From contig NZ_PKEK01000010.1 of assembly GCF_002863225.1 (NCBI RefSeq), forward strand, positions 188 to 64,187: DNA of 64,000 bases, read 5' to 3'. Positions within the stretch are counted from its first letter, which is position 1. Every line of letters starts with the position of its first letter. This document shows, piece by piece, positions 55,849 to 64,000 of this stretch. Position numbers and translations under genes: made by a program. Below the pieces are notes generated by a model, which searched no databases, had not been told where the DNA came from, and saw only the letters and a program-made list of their open reading frames with translations. Origin of the DNA: Mycobacterium sp. GTDB taxonomy: Bacteria; Actinomycetota; Actinomycetes; Mycobacteriales; Mycobacteriaceae.

Positions 55849-56962
55849 TGCTGATCCCCTTGTAGTCGGCGACGGCGTGGGCCGCTTCCATCAATGTCCA
55901 ACCCGACAGTTGCACGGACAGGTCGCGCTCGGCGATCTCCGAGCCGTTGACCGCGCCGCCGACGAACTGCGCCTGCTGGCCACCCGCCGCCGGCAGCTCG
56001 GCGGTTTCGTCCCACGACGGGCCGAACAGCGGCAGCCCCTCAACGGTCTGCCGGTTGTCCCATGCCTCCTGCGCCGACGTCAGCACGAGGCGGCGGGCGG
56101 TGTCGCGGGCCGTGACGTCGTCAACCGAGTCCCCGGGCAGGGTGGTGGCGACGAACGCGAGGTAGCGGGCGGTGATGCCGGCGAACAATCCGCCGTCTCC
56201 CCCGCCGGAGCCGCGGATCACCCCGCCCGGCGCCATGTGCTCGGCGACGGCGGCGACCAGGCGATGCACTCGCGGCGCGTGCCGGTCGTCCTGGGTACGC
56301 GCGGCCAGCTCGGTCTCCAGGCCGAGCACCACGCCCTGGCAGTAGCTGTACTGCGCCCGGACCAGCGAGCCGGCCTTGATGCCGTCGAAGACCAGATGCG
56401 TCTCCGGGTCGATCAGCGTCTCGTCGAGCCAGTCCGCCATCTGCTGGGCGCGCCGCAGCCGATCGCCGTAGCGGGCCAGGAAGATTCCGGCCGGGCCGTT
56501 GGCCGGTGCGTTGAAGAATTGGTCCTGTTTGCGCCAGGGAATGCCACCGCCGTCCTCCGGCACCCAGGAGTTGACCAGTTGATCGTTGAGCTTGCGCAAC
56601 CCACCCGGACGCTCCACGCCGGCGATCCGCGCCGCGCGTTCCAGCGCGAGCGCGAGCCAGGCCATGTCGTCGTAGTACTTGTTGACCCAGGATCCGTTGT
56701 TGCGCAGTCGATGTCCGCGGATCTGGCGCGCGATCTTGACGCGGCGCTCAGGCTGCGGGTCGCGCAGCTCGGCGTCGACGAGGCAGTCCAGCAGGTGTGC
56801 CTGCCACCAGTAGTGCCAGCCGCCGAACCAGCGGTCGCGGCGGGCAGGCGGCCAGGACACCACCCCGAGTTGGGTGCCGGGCAGCGCCCACAGCCTTTTC
56901 AGATGCCGACCAGCGACCGCGGCCTCCGCGCTGACCGCCCGGTTGACCCATACCTGATCCAT
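55841..56962 (-). CDS. GH76 family protein (Rv0365c)
   Basis: [22 protein letters not shown] and NAPANGP. Confidence 0.9.
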   Translation of the reverse strand: MDQVWVNRAVSAEAAVAGRHLKRLWALPGTQLGVVSWPPARRDRWFGGWHYWWQAHLLDCLVDAELRDPQPERRVKIARQIRGHRLRNNGSWVNKYYDDMAWLALALERAARIAGVERPGGLRKLNDQLVNSWVPEDGGGIPWRKQDQFFNAPANGPAGIFLARYGDRLRRAQQMADWLDETLIDPETHLVFDGIKAGSLVRAQYSYCQGVVLGLETELAARTQDDRHAPRVHRLVAAVAEHMAPGGVIRGSGGGDGGLFAGITARYLAFVATTLPGDSVDDVTARDTARRLVLTSAQEAWDNRQTVEGLPLFGPSWDETAELPAAGGQQAQFVGGAVNGSEIAERDLSVQLSGWTLMEAAHAVADYKGISNE

Positions 56963-57143
56963 GACTGCTGATCCTGCCCTATCGGCCGGCCATGCAAGCG
57001 GGCATCCTTCCGAGAAGTCCCGGTCTCGGAAGGATGCCCGCTGAGGGTGCGAGTTCTCAGTCCGCCGACTCAAGCTACGAGGCGCGGTCGCGGTCGCGAT
57101 ACAGGGATTTCCCTTGTCTTCGATCAGGCCGCCTGATCCGGGA

Positions 57144-57791
57144 TCACCAGGCGTTGGCGAGATCGCCGTGTTGACTGATCCAGGCGTGCATGGCGATCCC
57201 GGCGGCGACCGCGACGTTGATGCTGCGCGTCGAGCCGAACTGGGCGATCGAGACGGTCAGCGCCGCGCCGTCGCGGGCGTCGTCGCTGATCCCGGGGCCT
57301 TCCGAGCCGAACAGCAGCAGGCAGTCGCGTGGCAGCGCCGTCTGCTCCAGCCGCGCCGCACCCGGCACGATGTCCACGGCGACCACCGTCAGTCCGGCGC
57401 CGTCGGCGAAGGTCAGTAGCGCGGCGGTGTCGTCGTGATGCTGGAGACGTTGATAGCGATCGGTGACCATCGCCCCGCGCCGGTTCCACCGGCGGCGGCC
57501 GACGATGTGCACGGTGTCCACGGCGAACGCGTTGGCCGCGCGCACCACCCCGCCGATGTTGGCGTCCTGGCCGAAGTTCTCGATCGCGACATGCAGCGGG
57601 TGCCGCCGGCCGTCGATGTCGGCCACGATCGCCTCTCGGGTCCAATACCGGTAGGCGTCGACGACGTTGCGGGTGTCGCCGTCGCGCAGCAGGTCCGGGT
57701 CGTACCGCGGGTCGTCGGGGAGCTCGCCTTGCCAGGGCCCGACCCCTGCGCCCGGGACGCTCCACTCGGTGGGACCGGGCCCGTCGCTCAC
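57144..57791 (-). CDS. TrmH/SpoU RNA methyltransferase (Rv0380c)
   Basis: NIG.VVRAANAF, FGSEGPG and TRSINVAVAAG. Confidence 0.92.
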   Translation of the reverse strand: MSDGPGPTEWSVPGAGVGPWQGELPDDPRYDPDLLRDGDTRNVVDAYRYWTREAIVADIDGRRHPLHVAIENFGQDANIGGVVRAANAFAVDTVHIVGRRRWNRRGAMVTDRYQRLQHHDDTAALLTFADGAGLTVVAVDIVPGAARLEQTALPRDCLLLFGSEGPGISDDARDGAALTVSIAQFGSTRSINVAVAAGIAMHAWISQHGDLANAW

Positions 57792-58678
57792 TTGGCCGTC
57801 CAGACCGCGGCGTGGGTGCCGACGATCGACACCGTCGCGTAGAGCAGCGCGGCGTTGAGCTCACCCTGGGTGCACAGCGACGCGTTGACGTGCACCGAGT
57901 CCAGTGACGCTTCGGGCAGGATCAGCACCGACGAACCGTAGGCCACACACGCCGGACTCAGGCCCGGCGGAGGCAGTGTCGGCGAGACCAGCAGCATCAT
58001 CGGCCCGCCACGCGCCGCGGAGTCGTCGCGGTACTTCGCGGCGATGGTGTCGGCCTGCAGGCCCAGCAACATATAGCCGCTGCCGTTGAACGCGGCCGGG
58101 TCGCCCAGCGCGTCCTTGTTCAACTGGGTGCCGTCGGCGCGCCACGCCGCCACACTGGTGGTCCGCACCACCAGCCCGGTGTCGCTTTCCTTGGTCGGCA
58201 ACACCCCGACCGGAAACGCCGCCGCGTAGGCCGCCGCGGTGTCGGCGATCCGATCGCGCGGGGAGTAGAGGTAGACGCCGCGGACGGCGGCGCGGTCTTT
58301 CATCGGGCCCAGGCACACCGTGCCCGCCATCCGCTTGTCCCTGGACTCGGAGAAAGATTGCACGACAAGGTTTTTCACGCCATCACAGCTGCCGATGCCG
58401 GCCGCCTCGATGGGGTGGGCCAGCGCTCCGTACAGCCCGAGGCGGATATCGCGCGGCTCGGCATGGGGTTTCGCCGGATCCGCCGGGGCGGCATCGATGT
58501 CGACCAGCACATAGTCGTCCTGCCAGCGCAGGTTCGACACCGACGTGTTCCAGCCCAGCACCGCCAGCGACTCGCCGATCCGTGCCGCTCCCGCGCCGTA
58601 AACTTGTTGCTTGCCAGCCGAACTCGTACATCCACAGAGCAGCGCCAACGCCGCGATCGTCGCGATGACAGTGCGCAC
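57788..58678 (-). CDS. Putative lipoprotein (Rv0381c-like)
   Basis: LLCGC lipobox-like signal; syntenic position. Confidence 0.75.
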   Translation of the reverse strand: MRTVIATIAALALLCGCTSSAGKQQVYGAGAARIGESLAVLGWNTSVSNLRWQDDYVLVDIDAAPADPAKPHAEPRDIRLGLYGALAHPIEAAGIGSCDGVKNLVVQSFSESRDKRMAGTVCLGPMKDRAAVRGVYLYSPRDRIADTAAAYAAAFPVGVLPTKESDTGLVVRTTSVAAWRADGTQLNKDALGDPAAFNGSGYMLLGLQADTIAAKYRDDSAARGGPMMLLVSPTLPPPGLSPACVAYGSSVLILPEASLDSVHVNASLCTQGELNAALLYATVSIVGTHAAVWTAK

Positions 58679-58683
58679 TGTGA

Positions 58684-59223
58684 CTAACTCAGCCCGAGAT
58701 CCGCCAGCCCGAGCACGCTGCGGTACGGAATGCCTTCGGCCTCGATGACCTCGGCCGCACCGGTGGCCCGGTCGACGACCGTCACCACGCCGACCACCTG
58801 GGCGCCCGCTTCCCGCACCGCGCGCACCGCGGTCAACGCCGACCCGCCGGTGGTGCTGGTGTCCTCGACCACCAGTACCCGCTGGCCGGTGATGTCGGGA
58901 CCTTCGATGAGACGTTGCATGCCATGGGTTTTCACGGCCTTGCGAACGACGAACGCGTCGATCGGTCGGCCTGGCGCATGCATGACGGCAGTGGCCACCG
59001 GATCGGCCCCCAGAGTCAGCCCACCCACTGCGACGTAGTCCCAGTCGGCGGTGAGGTCGCGGACCAGTCGGCCGATCAGCGGGGCGGCCCGGTGGTGCAG
59101 GGTGGCCCGGCGCAGGTCGACGTAGTAGTCGGCCTCCTTGCCCGAGGACAGCGTGACGCGGCCGTGCACGACCGCCAATTGCGTAACCAGGTCGGCCAGT
59201 TCGGCCTTCTCAGGTGCGGCCAC
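58684..59223 (-). CDS. pyrE: Orotate phosphoribosyltransferase
   Basis: LSSGKEADYYVDLRR and VVEDTSTTGGS PRPP motif; start GTG 59223. Confidence 0.96.
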   Translation of the reverse strand: MAAPEKAELADLVTQLAVVHGRVTLSSGKEADYYVDLRRATLHHRAAPLIGRLVRDLTADWDYVAVGGLTLGADPVATAVMHAPGRPIDAFVVRKAVKTHGMQRLIEGPDITGQRVLVVEDTSTTGGSALTAVRAVREAGAQVVGVVTVVDRATGAAEVIEAEGIPYRSVLGLADLGLS

Positions 59224-59986
59224 GGCCCCGCCCGAAGACACTGGTCGCGGCGCGCGACAGGGTTCGCGGCACCATCCGGGTGACGGTGGTGATCGCTTTG
59301 TACTGCAGGCCGGGAATGATGAGCACGTTGCCGCGGGCGACCTCGGCCAGCGTTTCCCGGACCACGTCGTCGACCTCCAACCACATGAACGACGGCAGCG
59401 AGGCCATGTCGATTCCGGCCCGGTCGTGAAACTCGGTGTGCACGTAGCCCGGGCACACCACGTGGATGCCGACGCCGGTGCCACCCAACCCGGCGGCCAA
59501 GCCTTCGGTGAACGACACCACGTACGCCTTGGACGCGGAATAGGTGGAGCCACGGCCCGACAGCAGACCCGCCACACTCGAGACGTTGATGACGGTGCCA
59601 CGACCAGCGTCGATCATCGCCGGCAGTGCGGCCCGTGTGAGCTGCATGACCGCGGTGACGTTGACGTCGAGTTGACGTTGCAGCAGTGCGGGATCGGCGG
59701 TCCAGAACTCGCCGGACGTTCCCAGGCCGGCATTGTTGACCAGCACATCGACGCCGGCGGCCACCCGCTTGGCGACGGCGTCGCGGCCGGCGGCGTCGGC
59801 CAGGTCGGCGGGAAGCACCTCGACGTCGCGGCCGCCCTCGTCGGACAGCTCGGCGGCGAGTGCCTCGAGCCGTACGACATCCCGGGACACCAGCACCAGG
59901 TCGTACCCGTCGGCCGCATAGCGTCGGGCGAATCCTTCGCCGATACCGGAGGTGGGCCCGGTGATCAGGGCGACGGGGCGAGGCAC
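59210..59986 (-). CDS. SDR family oxidoreductase
   Basis: ITGPTSGIG, VNNAG and YSASK. Confidence 0.93.
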   Translation of the reverse strand: MPRPVALITGPTSGIGEGFARRYAADGYDLVLVSRDVVRLEALAAELSDEGGRDVEVLPADLADAAGRDAVAKRVAAGVDVLVNNAGLGTSGEFWTADPALLQRQLDVNVTAVMQLTRAALPAMIDAGRGTVINVSSVAGLLSGRGSTYSASKAYVVSFTEGLAAGLGGTGVGIHVVCPGYVHTEFHDRAGIDMASLPSFMWLEVDDVVRETLAEVARGNVLIIPGLQYKAITTVTRMVPRTLSRAATSVFGRGRGRT

Positions 59987-60133
59987 GGCGTCAGTGTACT
60001 GAGCGCGAAATCGTGCACGAGGCCCGTCTGGGTACCGCTGTGCCCGCCTTCGCGCGAATCACCACATCAATTCGCTACGAGGTGGGCACATTGGTAGTCG
60101 CCGCCGCTGGAGATTGCTGTGGCAGATGTGAAT

Positions 60134-60982
60134 TCAGCGTTGGTGATGCGAGGCCTGGTGCCCGTTGCGCCCGGTCGGTGGGCGGCGGGTCTGCTCCTGA
60201 CGAGCAGGCGGCGGGGTCGCGGAGGCAGAACGGGTCGTGGGTCCGCCTTCACGGGAGAACGCCTCCGGCTGGTGGGGCGTCTCGCTGCGGCCGGCCGGGG
60301 CCAGCGGACGGCTGGGTGAGGCCTTGCGACGGCCGGCGGCCGGCGGCGCACCGGATGAACCCGTCGACTGCGGCACCGGCGGCAGAACCCGCAGCAAGTC
60401 GTTGAACTGTCGCACGGTGCGCAGGCCCTCGTCCCACTGCGCACGGGTGCTGCCGATCGGCATGCTGACCAGCGTCCAGTTCTCTTCGTTCCACATGATC
60501 TCGGCGCAGTCGGGGGCGGTGTGCGCGAACGTGACCATGCGCCGGTCGCAGGCGCGCCGGGCGGCGTCGAGGTTCGTGGAGTACACCATCCGCGGCCCGA
60601 TCGCACCGAGCAGCCAAATGTCGTTCTCCCGAGGCTCTTTGAGGCCCTTGAGCCGAACATCGACGACGACGTTGGTACCGACCTTGCGATGCAAGGCGAT
60701 CACCGTGGCGACTTCTTCGATGTCGAAGATGAACACCGCCTCGCCCCGGATCTGACCCAGCACGACGTTGTTGGCGGGGACGTTGCTGCCCACGGTGGAC
60801 ATCACGCCGCGCTTCCAGCGCTTGAGGATCTCGGTGGACTCGCGCTCGTAGTCGAATCCGTGCGAGCGCGCCCAGGAGTGGCGACGGCGACCCCGGCCGC
60901 GACGTCGGTCGATGTCGACGTACAGCAGCACCGCTGCGCACACAAAGCACAGCGCCGAAAGGGTGAACCAGAGTGGAACCAT
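60134..60982 (-). CDS. ttfA: Trehalose monomycolate transport factor A (Rv0383c)
   Basis: MVPLWFTLSALCF...LLYVDIDRRR; disordered C-tail; adjacent to clpB. Confidence 0.9.
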   Translation of the reverse strand: MVPLWFTLSALCFVCAAVLLYVDIDRRRGRGRRRHSWARSHGFDYERESTEILKRWKRGVMSTVGSNVPANNVVLGQIRGEAVFIFDIEEVATVIALHRKVGTNVVVDVRLKGLKEPRENDIWLLGAIGPRMVYSTNLDAARRACDRRMVTFAHTAPDCAEIMWNEENWTLVSMPIGSTRAQWDEGLRTVRQFNDLLRVLPPVPQSTGSSGAPPAAGRRKASPSRPLAPAGRSETPHQPEAFSREGGPTTRSASATPPPARQEQTRRPPTGRNGHQASHHQR

Positions 60983-61054
60983 CGCCCCGTAGCCTAGCCG
61001 CTGTCGGCCCTGAACGAAGAACGCCAGCAGGTCACAACAGAATTAAAGTTTGCC

Positions 61055-61088
61055 GGCGCTTCGGCGGCGATCACACCGCCGAAGCGCC
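61055..61088 (-). terminator. Hairpin after clpB
   Basis: GGCGCTTCGGCGG-N8-CCGCCGAAGCGCC, followed by AAACTTT-derived T-rich bases on the minus strand. Confidence 0.75.
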
Positions 61089-61095
61089 GAACACC

Positions 61096-63642
<2,547 letters not shown>

Positions 63643-63717
63643 GACACCTCCGTTCTAGGTCACGACGGGCACACCGGCCCGCCAAAAATGCTTGTCGCGA
63701 TGTTCAACGCCGTCAAG

Positions 63718-63738
63718 GTTGAGTCTGTTCCGCTCAAC
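63718..63738. promoter_or_regulatory. HAIR element (HspR operator)
   Basis: GTTGAGT-N7-GCTCAAC upstream of clpB versus consensus CTTGAGT-N7-ACTCAAG. Confidence 0.8.
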
Positions 63739-63770
63739 TCTAACTATTTTCGGGCAATGTCCGCCAGTGC

Positions 63771-64000
63771 CTAGGCCGGGCGGGGTTGGAACGCCGCCTG
63801 CAGCTGCGAGCCGTCGAAGCCACCAGGCGTCTGCCCGTGCAGCGCGAACTGGAACACCGCGACGCGGAAGATCTGACTCAGGGTCGTCGAGACCACCGCG
63901 ACGGCGAACATCGTCAGCACCGCCACGGCCAGCACGAGATAGCCGAGCAGCGCTTGTCCGCCGGTCAGCAGAAACATGACGGCGAATACCGCGACGGTCC
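63771..64000 (-). CDS. Partial membrane protein (C-terminus, possibly DUF6159-like); 5' end lies beyond the window
   Basis: Open frame to the edge; ends with hydrophobic helices and SQIFRVAVFQFA..G..P.GF...L..AF. Confidence 0.55.
   Translation of the reverse strand, partial: TVAVFAVMFLLTGGQALLGYLVLAVAVLTMFAVAVVSTTLSQIFRVAVFQFALHGQTPGGFDGSQLQAAFQPRPA

Noticed and set aside
63718-63738. HAIR operator as a novel finding
   Set aside because: HspR control of clpB is well established; listed as a feature only.

Overview
High-GC mycobacterial (non-tuberculous Mycobacteriaceae) chromosome window. From about 13 kb to the end it follows the conserved M. tuberculosis Rv0409-Rv0356/Rv0384 neighbourhood (ackA, pta, fgd1, fadE7-like, metZ, purT, purA, rip2, fba, dedA, GH76, pyrE, ttfA, clpB) with several accessory blocks inserted: a flavin monooxygenase/GNAT operon, a dps pair, mmpS/mmpL, a class A beta-lactamase, msrB and a fused CoA-transferase. 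The first 13 kb is an accessory locus. On the minus strand, and missing from the ORF track because it runs off the left edge, is a secreted protein with a PGRS-like Gly-rich linker followed by at least 105 uninterrupted, proline-free Gly-X-Thr collagen triplets. Divergent from it are a multi-domain TPR glycosyltransferase, two SAM methyltransferases (one TylF/MtfB sugar O-methyltransferase type), a frameshifted AT3-SGNH O-acyltransferase, an HtrA protease and a GjpA-like secreted protein. MprA-box-like hexamer pairs occur in the intergenic regions. My best hypothesis is a dedicated collagen-like surface glycoprotein glycosylation system, analogous to the Bacillus BclA system. This is an inference from gene content and has not been tested. 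I found no rRNA, tRNA, CRISPR array or transposase. Rv-number and family assignments come from recalled sequences and motifs, not from database searches.
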